Below, piece by piece: positions 52,160-64,000 of a stretch of DNA of 64,000 nt. Below the pieces are notes generated by a model. That model did not search any database. It was given only the letters and a program-made list of their open reading frames with translations, and was not told the DNA's origin. How positions within the stretch are numbered: position 1 is the stretch's first letter; every line of letters starts with the position of its first letter. The translations under genes were made by a program, and so were the position numbers. Origin of the DNA: the human T2T-CHM13v2.0 reference genome, Homo sapiens. Location of the stretch: the NCBI RefSeq assembly GCF_009914755.1, contig NC_060928.1, one strand, 5' to 3'.

Positions 52160-55100
52160 AAGCTGACTGACTAGAGCAATCAGATACCAGTTTTCCTCAG
52201 AAAGAAGAACAAAGTTACAGATGAATAAGTGAAACTCAAATAAAATATTAAGGAGAGCAATCCAGAGTTCATCAGAAAACTCATGGAAAGAAGCTAGGGT
52301 ATGGAAAAAGAAGGAGGCAAGAGTCTAGCAAAGATCAAACCCCAAGAGACTTGGTGTTCCAAGGAAAGGGTAGGTAGAGGTATTTTTGGCCCCCCTCACT
52401 CCTGTGCCAGACTTCTGGTTTCTGAATTATCAGACAGTTCCTCTGCCCTTGCAAGTTCAAGGCACGACATGGGCAGTGGAACCAGAAAAACATTCCCTGG
52501 CACCTGCTCAAATTGCTGAAGCCCCACAGGCCTGGCTGGACCTAGAGTAGCTGCAGGATTCTTGGTGGTGTGGCTCTTGTGGTATGCTGCTCCTAGGGGA
52601 AAGGGAAGTGCAGCATGCCAAGGGAGCACACCTAGAGCCAATGGAAACCAGAGCATAAACTTTCCTGTGCCTGAGCACTCTTCCTTTATGGACTGATAGT
52701 AACTGCATCTTTTCCAGTGCAGATGTGGGTGCTACGCTCATCTCTATGGGGAAAGAGTGTGGTTCCACTCCAGCAGGCAAGTGACCCCAGTGCTCAGGAA
52801 TGGACATGAAGATGTGCTTTCCCTCTGCTTCCCTGCTGCAAATGCTGTAGCTGCTTCCATGGGTGATTAGGCAATGGCCACCTGTGGATGGCCATTCCTG
52901 GGATATTAGGGGGTGGATGTGCCTCCACTGGTGGTGTGCCCACCAGACCTGGGATTGCACAAAAGACAGGGCCCTTCCTCCTCTCCACATGAAATGGCAG
53001 GATTCCTGTAGTGGAGGACAGGTGAGCCACAAAGCTGTCTGTCTGGGGCTGAGGAAAGAGGTTCCACACCAAAGCCATATTGAAGGAGCACTACAGGGCA
53101 GGCATCCGCCACAGCTCTCAGCTAAATTGTGACCTAAAGATAGACTGCAGTGTCTGTCTGAGATGAGAGCTTGAGCCCCAGGACAGGGTTGTGACAGGGA
53201 AGTTGATTGCTTTACTGCCTGCCCAGATCATGAAGCTGGGGTAGCTAGCTCCCCATCCCTACAGAGACCTCAGAACATTTCACCAGGAGCTATTCCCAAA
53301 ACCACAATCAGGGATGGTATTTGTGCTTGCCATTGGGGTATACAAGAGTGAGCTTGGCAGTCCAGTTCCACCTTCATTTGTCCCTCACGTTAAGCTGAGC
53401 AGAGAGCTCAGAGCACAGGCATTCCACAGGTTAGCTCATTGCCTGAGGCAACAAACAGCTTCTTCTGGTAAACAGAGATCAAGCATATACCCATGTGCCT
53501 CTGCTGTAGCCAGCTCTTACCTGTTAGCACCACCTACTGGCCTGGAAGCTGAGCTGCACAACGCAAGAAGTGCATAGAACTGAGGAATGACACAAGCTTA
53601 CTGAGACCTCTGCAATTTCAGGCCTGCAGAAGGCAGTGAGTCCACTCATACATCAGTATATTGCTACTAAAACCAGCATTTGAAAAAGCCACTGCACAAG
53701 GGCTATCTATACCCAAAGAATACATACAGAGCCTTTACCACTGAAAGCACTCACACTAAAGCCAAGCAACCATACAAAACATACAGTATAATTGTATCCT
53801 CAAAGGGGAAAGTAAACCCATCCAAAAACAAGTAAATTTAAAAAATCATGAGATAGCTTTTCCCAAATGAGAAGGAACCAGAAAAATAACCCTGGTATAT
53901 GAAAAAATAGTGTTATAACACCCCCAATGGATCACACAAGCTCTCCAGCAGTAGATGCTAACCAAAATGAATTCTTTGAAATATTTGATAAACAATTCAA
54001 AACGTTAATTTTAAATAAGCTAAGTGAAGCCCAAGAGAAAGTAGACAGCCAACACAAAGAGATCAGAAAAAGTTTGCCATATGAATAAATAATTCCATAG
54101 GTATTAAAAAAATAGAACTTCTGGAAATTAAAAATTCTTCGAAGGGATTACAAAATACAGTGGAAAGCTTTATCAATGAACTAGACCAAGAAGAAAGAAC
54201 TTCAGAGCTTGAAGACAAATCATTCAAATTAACTAAGACAGACAAAAATAAAGGAAAAATACTTTAAAATTTAATAAAGTTTTCAAAGAGATGATGTACA
54301 ATGCCAAAATCTACAAGTCATAGGAATTCCTGAGTGAGAAGGTGAAATAGTAGTAAAAAGTTTGAAAAACTTATTTGAGGAAATAATTCAGGAAAACTTC
54401 CTTAGCCTTGATGCAGATCTATCCATCCAGTTATAAGATGCTCAGGGAACTCTGGAAAGATACATTGCAAGATGGACTTTACCAAGGTATGCATTCATCA
54501 GACTTCATAAAGTCAACATGAAAGAAAAAAATTCTACGAACAGCAAGGGAAAATGGTTTAATCTCCTATAAAAGAATCTCCATTAGCTCAACAATGAACT
54601 TCTCAGCAGAAACCTTCCAAGTCAAAAAAAGTTTGGCGTTCTATTGCTAGTTTTCTTCAAGAAAAATACTGTCAGCCAAGAATTTTACATCCACCCAAAC
54701 TAAGTGTAATAAATGCCAGAGAAATAAAGTTGTTTTCAGAGGAGTAAATGCTTAGGGAATTCGTCATCACTAGACTGATCCTACAAGAAATGCCCAAGAG
54801 AGTTCTAAATATGGAAACAAAAAGTTATTCACACCATCATAAAAAATATGAGATAACATAACTCACAGGGTTTATGAAACTATTTTTATAACACAATTTA
54901 GACTACAAAGCAACTAGGTGACAACTATCATTATTACAAGAACAAAAGCTCACATATCAATGTTAACCTTGAAAGTAAATGCTGTAAATGCATCCTTACA
55001 TACATTATTGGAGGAATGGATTTTATTTAAAAAAAAAGAATTCAACACAGTGTTGCTTACAAGAAACTCACCTAACTGGTGAAGGCACTTAGATACTCAA

Positions 55101-57578
55101 GGTAAGGGGGTAAAAAATGATATTTCATGCAAATGCAAACCAAAAGTAAGCAAGAATAAATCATCAACAGTGAAAAAAGTTAAAGAAGTACATCATATAA
55201 TGATAAAGGGATCAATTAAGCAAGAAGATATAACAATCTGACATATATGCACCCCAAATTAGAGCACTCAGATTCATAAAACAAATACTACCACACCTAA
55301 GAGGAGATAGACAACAATCATAAAACAGGTCTAAAGAAATTTTTAAATATCTAAATCATATCAAGAATCTTATTGGATGACAGTGAAATAAAACTAGAAA
55401 TCAAGAACAAGCAGAACTACTGACACTATGAAAACACATAAAAATTAAACAACTTGCCCATGAATTGATCTTTGGCTCAATGATGAAATTAAGATGGAAA
55501 TTAAAAATTATTTGAAACAAATGAAAATGGAGACATAACAGATCAAACCTATGAGATACAGCAAAACAGTACTAAGAGGAAAGTTTATAGCATTGATTGC
55601 CTACATTGAAAAGAAAGAAAGATTGCAACCTAATGTTGCATCTCAAGGAACTAGGAAAACAAGGGCAAACCAAGCCCAAGGCTAGCAGAACAAAATAAAT
55701 AACAAAGATCACACAATAAGACTAAATGGAATTGAGACTAGAAAAATTACAAAGGATCATTAAAATGAAAAGTTGTTTTTTTGAAATGATAAACAAAATT
55801 GATAGAACATTAGCTAAATTTACCAAGAACAAAATGAGAGAAGATTCAAATAAGCCAAGCAGAAATGATAAAGGAGATACTATAACTGATTCCACAGAAA
55901 TACAAAAGATCATCAGAGACTACTATAAACATCCCTATGCCCACAAACTAAAAACCTTAGAGCAAATAAATACTTTCCTGGAAACACACAACCTTCCAAA
56001 ACCAAACCAGAAAGAAACAGAAATCTTGATCAGACACATAATGAGTAGTGAGATTGAGTCAGTAATAAAAAGTCTCCTCCCAAAAAAGTCCAAGACCAGG
56101 TGGATTCACAGCCAATTTCTAATAGATGTACAAAGAAGAACTGGTAACAATCTTACTGAAACTGTTTCAAAAAATTGAGTGGGAGGAAATTCTCCCTAAT
56201 ACATTCTACAAGGCCAGTATCATCCTGGTACCAAAACCAGACAAGGACACATCAACAAAAGAAAACTGCAGGTCAATATCCCTGATGAACACACATGCAA
56301 ACCTCCTCAGCAAAATGCTAGTGAACCAAATCCAATAGCACATAAAAAAGTTAATAACGAGCAAGTGAGTTTTATTTAAGGGATGAATGAATGCTTCAAC
56401 ATACACAAATCAAACAATGTCTTTCACTACACCAACAGAGTTGAAAGCAAAAAATATATGATCATCTCAATAGATACAGAAAACACATTTGATAAAATTC
56501 TGCAATTCTTCATGATAAAACCCCTCAACAAACTAGGCATAAAAGGAACAGATCTCAAAACTATAAGAGCCACAGAAGACAAACCCATACCTAACATCAT
56601 GCTGAACAGGGAAGTGTGAAAGCAATTCCCCTAAGAACTGGAACATGAAAAGGATGCCCACATTCACTACTCCTCATCAACAGTGTAGTTGAAGTCCTTG
56701 CTACAGCAATCAGGCAGCAGAAAGAGATAATGGCCATCCAAGTTGAAAAAGAAAGTCAAATCATCTCTGTTTGTTGATGATATGATCTTATATTAGAAAA
56801 CCCTAAAGACTCCTCCAGAAGAACCCTGTATTTGATGAATAAATTCATTAAAGATACAGGATACAAAAATCAATGTACAAAAATTAGTAGCATTTCTATA
56901 CACCAATGACAATCAGAGATCCAAATCAAGAACTTAACCTCCCTTAAAATAGATATAATATAATTAAAATTCCTAGAAATACATTTAACCAAGGAAGTAA
57001 ATTATCTCCATAAGGAGAACTACAAAATAATTATGAAAGAAATCATAGGGATGGGTCCAGAGGCTCATCTCTGCAACCCCAGCACTTTGGGAGGCTGAGG
57101 CAGGTAGATCACTTGAGCCTAGGAGCTTAAGACAAGCCTGGGCAACATGGCAAAACCCCGTCTCCACAAAGATTACAAAAATTAGCCAGGCAAGTTGGCA
57201 CGCACCAGTAGTCCCACCTACTCAGGAGGCTGAGGTGGGAGAATTACCTGAGCCTGGGAAGTCAAGGCTGCAGTGAAGCACGATCATGCCACTGCACTTC
57301 AGCCTGGGAAACAGAGCAATACCCTATCTCCAAAAAAAAAAAAAAAAAAAAAAAGAAAGAAAGAAAGAAAAAGAAAAAAGAAAAGAAAAAGAAAATTCCT
57401 AGATCCTAGATGACGTAAACAAATGGAAAAACCATCCATCCATTCTCATGGATTTAGAAGAATCAATATCAGTAAAATTACCATATTGTTCAAAGCAATA
57501 TATAGATTCAACACAATTCCTATCAAATAACCAACATCATTTTTTCATAGAATTATTAAAAACAATCCTAAAATTAGT
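52160..57578 (+). mobile_element. L1PB-like element: long GC-richer 5'UTR, ORF1, ORF2 through RT; broken at ~57578
   Basis: ORF2 pieces 55726-56178, 56126-56338 (CRSISLMN) and 56383-56619 ([13 protein letters not shown]); TTTGTTGATGATATG (FVDDM); internal deletion in the EN region near 55315. Confidence 0.88.
57049..57392 (+). mobile_element. AluJ-type element in L1 ORF2
   Basis: GATCACTTGAGCCTAGGAG, GTCAAGGCTGCAGTG; A/(GAAA)n tail. Confidence 0.88.
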
Positions 57579-57582
57579 AGGC

Positions 57583-58099
57583 CAGCAGTCCCCAAGGAGA
57601 CATGTCTGGTCTGTTTGTCACACTAGGGACCAGTTTTATGGAAGCCAACTATTCCATAGACTGGGATTGTGGGGGTGGATGGTTTGGGGATGATTCAAGC
57701 ACATTACATTTATTGTGCACTTTATTTCTATTAGTATTACATGGTAATATATAATGAAATAATTATACAATTCACCATACTATAGAATCAATGGTAGCCC
57801 TGAGCTTTTTTTCCTACAATTAGATAGTCCCCTCTGGGGTGATGGGGGATAGTGACAGATCATCAGGCATTAGATTCTCATACGGAGTACACCATCTAGA
57901 TCTCCTGCATGCACAGTTAACAACAGGATTTGTACTCCTATGATAATCTAATGTTGTGGCTGATGTGACAGGAGATGGAGCTCAAGCTGTAATGCAAGCA
58001 ATGGAGAGGGGCTGAAAATAGAGATAATGCTTCACTTGCTCACCCGCCACTCACCTCCTGCTGTGTGGCCCAGATCCTAACAGGGGGTTGGGGACCCTG
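57583..58099 (+). mobile_element. MER1A (hAT-Charlie) MITE
   Basis: CAGCAGTCCCCAA ... TTGGGGACCCTG termini; internal ATTACATTTATTGTGCACTTTATTTCTATT and GGCATTAGATTCTCATA. Confidence 0.88.
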
Positions 58100-59596
58100 T
58101 GTTAGCCCATTCTTGTAATGCAATAAAGAAATACCTGAGACTGGGTAATTTATAAAGAAAAGAGGTTTAAAGGTCACTGTTCTGCAGGCTCTACATGTAG
58201 AGTGCCAGCATCTGCTTGGCTTCTGGAAAGGACTCAGAGAGCTTTTATACATGATAGAAGACAAAGCTGGAGCAGGCATTTAACATGGTGGGAGCAAGGG
58301 AAGGAGTGGGGAAGTGCCACAAACTCTTAAACAAGCAGATCTCATAAGAACTCACTCACTATCATGAGGACAGCACCAAGTGGTTATTACTAAACCATTT
58401 ACCAGAAATCTACCCACATGAACAAATAACCTCCCACCAGGCCTCACCTCCAACACTGGGAATTACAATTCAAAATAAGGTTCGGACAGGGACACATATT
58501 TAAACTATATTATTCTACCCTGATACCTCTCAAATCTCATCTTCTTACGTTTCAAAATACAATCAACCCTTCTCAATAGTCTCCCCAAAGTTTTAACTCA
58601 TTCCAACATTAACTCAAAAGTCCCAAGTGTAAGTCCAAAATCTCATCTGAGACCTGTCTCCTTCCAACTATGAGCCTGTAAAATCAAACAAGTTACCTAT
58701 TCCCAAGACACAATGGTGGTACTGGTATTGGCTAAACACTTCCATTCCAAATGGGAGAAATTGGCCAAAAGAAAGAAACTTCAGGCCTCATGGATATGTG
58801 AAGCCATGCGGGGTGGTCATTAAATGTTAAAGCTCCAAAATATTATAATCTCCTTTGACTCCATGTCCTACATCCAGGGTACACTGGTGCAAGGTGTGGT
58901 CTCCCTAGGCCTTGGGCATCTCTGTCCCCATGGCTTTGGAGGATTCAGCCCCTGCAGCTGCTCTTATGGATTGGCATTGAGTGCCTACACCTTTTCCATG
59001 CTGAGATTGCAAGCTGCAAGTGGATCTGCCATTCTGGGGTCTGGAGGATTGTGGCCCTCTTCCCACAGCTCCGCTAAGAAGTGCCCCAGTGAGAACTCTA
59101 TGTGGTGCCTCCAACCCCTCATGCTCTCCTAGCAGAGATTCTTGGTGAGGCCTCCACCCCTGCAGCAGGCTTTTGTCTGGGCACCCAGACTCTCTCATAC
59201 ATCCTCTGAAATCTTGGCAGAGGCTGACAAGTCCCCACTACTCTTGCACTCCATGTGGCTGCGGGGTTACCACAACATGGAAGCCACCAAGGCTTATGGT
59301 GGCTTCGGCTCTACAAAGTGGAGGCCCTAGCAATATCTGTGGTCCTTTAAGCCAAGGCTGGAGCTGGAGTGGCAGGGATGTGGGGAGCAATGTCCCAAGG
59401 CTGTGCAGGGCAGTGGGGCCCTAGGCTTGGCTCACGAAACCATTCAGTCCTCCTAGGCCTCAGGGCCAATGATGGGAGAAGTCTGCCCTGGAGATCTCTG
59501 AAATGCCTTGGAAGCCTTTTTCCCATTGTCTTTGCTATCAGCACTCGACTCCCTTTTAGTTATGCAAATTTCTCCAGCAATTCTTTGCTTTTCAGC
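58098..59596 (-). mobile_element. MST (MSTB-like) 3' LTR (58098-~58513) plus truncated MST internal sequence
   Basis: AAAGAAATACCTGAGACTGGGTAATTTATAAAGAAAAGAGG LTR; internal CAAATGGGAGAAATTGGCCAAA, GCAAGCTGCAAGTGGATCTGCCATTCTGGGGTCTGGAGG. Confidence 0.9.
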
Positions 59597-60160
59597 CTGA
59601 TACCAATCTTACTGAAACTATTTCAAAAAATGGAGATGGAGGAAAGGACAAGAAATCATTGTATAAAAAAAAACACCTGTACTCCTATGTTTATTGCACC
59701 ACTATTCTCAATAGCATAGAAATGAGTAAGGTCATGCAGTCAATCTAACTGTCCATCAAATCAATGGATAATTGGATAAAGAAAATGTGAGATACACACA
59801 CATACACACAGATATACCATGAATTACTACTCAGCTATTAAAATGAACAAAATCATGTCTTTTGTAGCAACATGGATGAAGCTGGAGGCCATCAACATAA
59901 GTGAAATAACTCAGAGAAAATCAAGTACCACATGATATCGCTTATAAGTGGGAGCTAAACAATGTGTACAGATGGATATACACAGTGGAATAATAGATTT
60001 TGGAGACTTCAAAATGTGGGAGGGTAAGGAATCAGAAATTGTCTATTGGGCACAGTGTACACTATTTTGGAAATGATTGCAGTAAAAGCCCAGACCTCAC
60101 CACTATGCAATATATCTATGTAACAAAACTGCACTTGTGCCCCCTAAATCTATTAAAAAT
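59597..60160 (+). mobile_element. L1PB-type 3' end preceded by a 49-bp displaced ORF2 piece
   Basis: ATGTTTATTGCACCACTATTC...TATAAGTGGGAGCTAAAC...AAAACTGCACTTGTGCCCCCTAAATCTAT. Confidence 0.85.
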
Positions 60161-60161
60161 G

Positions 60162-60468
60162 GGCTGGGCATGGTGGCTCACACCTGTAATCCCAGCAATT
60201 TGGGAGGCTGAGGCGGGCGGATCACCTGAGGTCAGGAGTTCAACCTCAGCCTGGTCAGCCTGGCCAACATGGCAAAACCCTGTCTCTACTAAAAAAAGTA
60301 AATAAATAATAAAATAAAAAAAATTAGCCAGGCATGGTGGTGGACGCCTGTAATCCCAGCTTCTTGGGAGAATTACTTGAACCCAGGAGGCAGAGGTTAC
60401 AGTGAGCCGAGATCACACCACCGCACTCCAGCCTGGGTGACAGAGTGAGACTCTGTCTCAAAAAAAAA
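60162..60468 (+). mobile_element. AluS element with a small internal deletion and duplication
   Basis: GGATCACCTGAGGTCAGGAGTTC; GGGAG^AATTACTTG lacks GCTGAGGCAGGAG; TSD AAATCTATT. Confidence 0.88.
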
Positions 60469-60554
60469 ATCTATTTAAGTTCTATACATTCCATATACAC
60501 TGTGTCTCACAGTGGGATATGCACCATAAGAGATAAAAGTTATTAAGAAGGTGG

Positions 60555-60963
60555 ATGATATACAATTAATTTTGTTCCTCCAAAATTCAGACGTTGATGT
60601 CCTAATCCTAAGTACCTCAATGTAATTGTAATTGGATATAGATTCTTTAAGGATGTAATTGAGCTAAATGAAGTCATTAACATGGGCCCTTATCCAATAT
60701 GACTGGTGCATTTATAAGAAAAGGAAATTTGGACACAGACAACAGAAAAAAAGATGATGTCAAGACACAGGAAGAAGATGGTTATCTATAAGCCAATGGG
60801 AAAGGCTTGAAATGGATTCTTTCTTCAGTTCTTAGAAGAAGCCAACCCTCCCAACACCTTGATCTCAGATATCTGGTTTTCAGAACTTTGAGAAAATAAA
60901 TGTATGTTGTTTAAGCCACATATTCTATGATACTTTATTATGGCAGCTCTAGAAATCTATTAT
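60555..60963 (+). mobile_element. MLT1A/B-like MaLR solo LTR
   Basis: GGGCCCTTATCCAATATGACTGGTG...GGAAATTTGGACACAGAC...AATAAATGTATGTTGTTTAAGCCAC...TTATGGCAGC. Confidence 0.85.
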
Positions 60964-63189
60964 AGTTGGTTTACATATAGCATTAGAATCAGGGAAGAGT
61001 GACACCTCTACCGGAAGAAAACAAAAAAAATAGATTACATTTTTTTTAACACAACAATGTTGGGAAAGATATTGACCAGCATGTAGCACCTCTATTGGTA
61101 ACTTTCCTGTGTGTGGATTTCTGTCCCTAAGATCTGTGCTTAGATTCTGCCACTCTCATGCCCAACCTTTTCTAATGGAAATCCTATAACATGCATAAAA
61201 GAAAAAATTTTAGCAAGAATTTGGTGTTCACAGTTGAAGTATTAACTGGGTTTGATCTTTCCCACATACATTTAAGCTGTGCTTGCAACTACAGTGAATA
61301 GTTCTTATGGGTCAAGTCGTACACCAATCATTGTAATGGCAATAGTTAATCATAATAAGAGGAAGTCATAAAGATGATGGTATAACAATTACAACAGGTA
61401 TACATAAAACATATCCATGGTGTTTTGCTAATAATTAACTACCTTCATGGTTCAATGATTAAGGAGAGTAAAACAAAGGAGATGACTGGGCCATATGTAC
61501 TGAGAGTGTCTGCAAATGGTTTACATATGTTTGCATCAGTGTAGGAAGAAACAGGCTCAAGGTTCAGTGGATCGGTTAACAACTGACCATAGGTCTTTGC
61601 CTTAACAAAACAAAAGCACTCTTGCTGATTTGAAAATATTTCCTCATACATAGATCTTCAATAAGCAGACAATTAGAGGCAACCTCATTTCTACTAAAGC
61701 AAAGACCTTTGGCAATAAAAAGGATTTTCACCTCAGGTATACCAAATTGGCTCATTTATAAATTAAACATCTTTATTTCATTCTCAAGTATGCCTCAACC
61801 TTGCCTGACCACAATTGATAAAGAAAATATATGGCAAAAGGAGACATCTGGTCAAGAGTCCTAGGCTTCCACAAAGGGATCCTTCAGTTACTTAGAGACA
61901 CTTCTGTCACATAGAGAGGGAAACACTCTAAACCAGTATTTTATAACTATCAACTGTTGCTACAGAATGGTGTGTGTATGTGTGTGTATGCACATGTGAA
62001 CATGTGAGGGTGACTGGTTAATTTATTCTCATGAAAATTAGATTTCTCTGCACAGTAGTATGTACGGACATAACCTTTCCTTTCTAAGTTATTTCACTTA
62101 CTGCACTATTTTCCTTTATTTTACATGACCCTTTACCTTGCCTCTTCAATTGTCCACTTGTTTTAACCTTCCATTTTTTTCTTCTCTTGCTTTTGCTTTT
62201 AGTTCAACTTATACACACTTTACTCATAGTCTGGTGTACTCCTGGTAGCTCATCTTCTCAGTTTATCACCCCACCCTCACAAGTACTGCTAGCTAATAGC
62301 CTATGAGAAGTATTGTAAAATATAATGTCTCTGACATAATTCTATCTGCCTCCCAAGACTTAAAAAATTATCTTTCAAAGCAGACACCAAAAGATGACCT
62401 TTCTGTTGTTACCTACATTAGAGATATAAAATAAAACATAAGTCCATGTATGTAATTCAGATATACATAAAATCACATATAACTGCCCATATAGAATTAA
62501 GAAAATACAATATTTGTATATGTGTCAAACTTTCACATTTCTATAATTTCTGTATTGAGAAATTATCAACAACTACAGGAATAGACCAAGAAAAGGAATT
62601 CAGATAGACTCAGTTGTCCTGCATTCTCCAAAAGTTTTTCTCAGTCTGGCAATGACAAAGGCAAAATATAATGGCTCCAAAGTACTCATTAGTGCTTGTA
62701 TTGGCAATGTACTACTAAGCATAGCAGTCAGAGTTCATCAATGGCTCATTATTATGCCTATCCACATAGACCAATTGCAATCAGTATTGCTCTGTGCATT
62801 GCCATTGTAAAAGTGCTGTTATTTCGTATCCTGCCAAAATGAAGAAATTAATGAAGAGGGGCATTAACAGGCCAGATTAAAACTTTTAAATAAATAAATA
62901 ATACTTTATCAATAGGGCAAGAGCTACAAATATGACTTCCAGAGGAAGAGGAGAGAAAACATATCACTATGCCACTTTTTAAATTTTTCCTTCAATCAGT
63001 CTGTTCTTTCACAAGGTAAAAAATAAATAAATGGCAGCCAATAGTATACAGAGGGCTCAAGTAAGATTGTCTTTAAACCCACTGCTAATTACAAAGGAAT
63101 TGATTATTCAGGATTTTTCATCTCTCTATTCCCTATAGTGTCTGTAATATTTTATATATCATATTTTCCATTATGGGGCACATAACTGT

Positions 63190-64000
63190 CCATGATAGTT
63201 TTTGGGTCATGTCTGCAAGTTGTGCAAATTACTTCTGCTTGCATTCTATTGGATATCATTCAGTCCCACAGGTATCCCTAACTGCAAGGGAGCCCGAGAA
63301 ATGTAGTCTCGCTCTAAGCCCAAGAAAAGCAAGAAACAGATTTGGCAAATAGCTAGCTACTGGTTTTTGCTACAATCTCTCTTCTTGACACCAATTATCT
63401 GTTTGTATTTTTTTTTTTTAATTCTCAAGGCAAATTCATTCCCCTTTTAAAGAAAGAATACCCAAAGCTCCACTTGGCTACTTAACCCAGCTTGCATTGC
63501 ACGATCTTCAGGTAATGTGCTATCTTCTTCCTTAAGTCCTAAGGTATTCCTTTTGGTGTAGCAACATATAAACCAAAGTGACAAACTTGTTGCATCGCCA
63601 GCTAATACAAACAACCCAGTATGCAATGATGAAGCATGGAAAAGATATACCTAATGAATCCTACTCTAAAAAGGGAAAACAGGAAACACACAGCAGTCAC
63701 GGATCCACAGCAACGAGGAAATCCTACTGTGCAGTGATTGTGAAGATCCCTTCCAGGCTCTTTGCTCAGACCTGGACTTGGTTACCTGGAAGCAACCACA
63801 TTATCCATTGGACTAGGTGGTACTTGGCTGCACCCACTGGGAGGGTGTAGGGCATTTTGTCCTCCTTAGGAGTCAGCAGTCTGCCTTACCTTATCAGGCT
63901 GTTTCTTATTATGGCAAGTTGGAAGTATGGGTTAAAGACTGGTTACAGACAAGTTATTTTTGGCGAGGCTCATGGTTTCCTTACCAATACAGTTCCATAA
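63190..64000 (-). mobile_element. Old MLT1 (J/K-like) partial LTR (to ~63373) plus internal sequence running off the window
   Basis: ACTTCTGCTTGCATTCTATTGG...CCTAACTGCAAGGGAGCCCGAGAAATGTAGTCT...GCTACA; internal GGAAACACACAGCAGTCAC. Confidence 0.6.

Noticed and set aside
52508-53032. 174-aa antisense ORF in the L1 5'UTR (ORF0-like?)
   Set aside because: ORF0 is described for young L1PA 5'UTRs; this is a different, older L1PB-type UTR, and its higher GC content makes long chance ORFs likely.

Overview
AT-rich, CpG-depleted primate genomic DNA, very likely human because it carries AluYa5-type insertions. Roughly two-thirds (my estimate by eye) is transposable-element derived. The main elements are several L1s of different ages, 11 Alus (J to Ya5), a 5'-truncated HERV-L provirus with an MLT2A LTR (pro/RT/RNaseH/IN/dUTPase remnants), MaLR LTRs (THE1, MST, MLT1), a decayed Charlie (hAT) transposase, Tigger1, Tigger3a, MER1A, a MER107-like element and MIR/L2 relics. 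I cannot support any cellular protein-coding exon, RNA gene, CRISPR array or new biological system; the ORF-track entries are TE fragments or chance ORFs. The notable items are insertion and repair footprints: a possible L1 3' transduction, a poly(A)-only insertion, patchwork L1 junctions and young Alus with imperfect TSDs. There is also a tightly spaced inverted Alu pair and a perfect 13-bp inverted repeat in unique sequence. Subfamily names come from recalled consensus sequences, not a RepeatMasker run, and boundaries of old elements are approximate.
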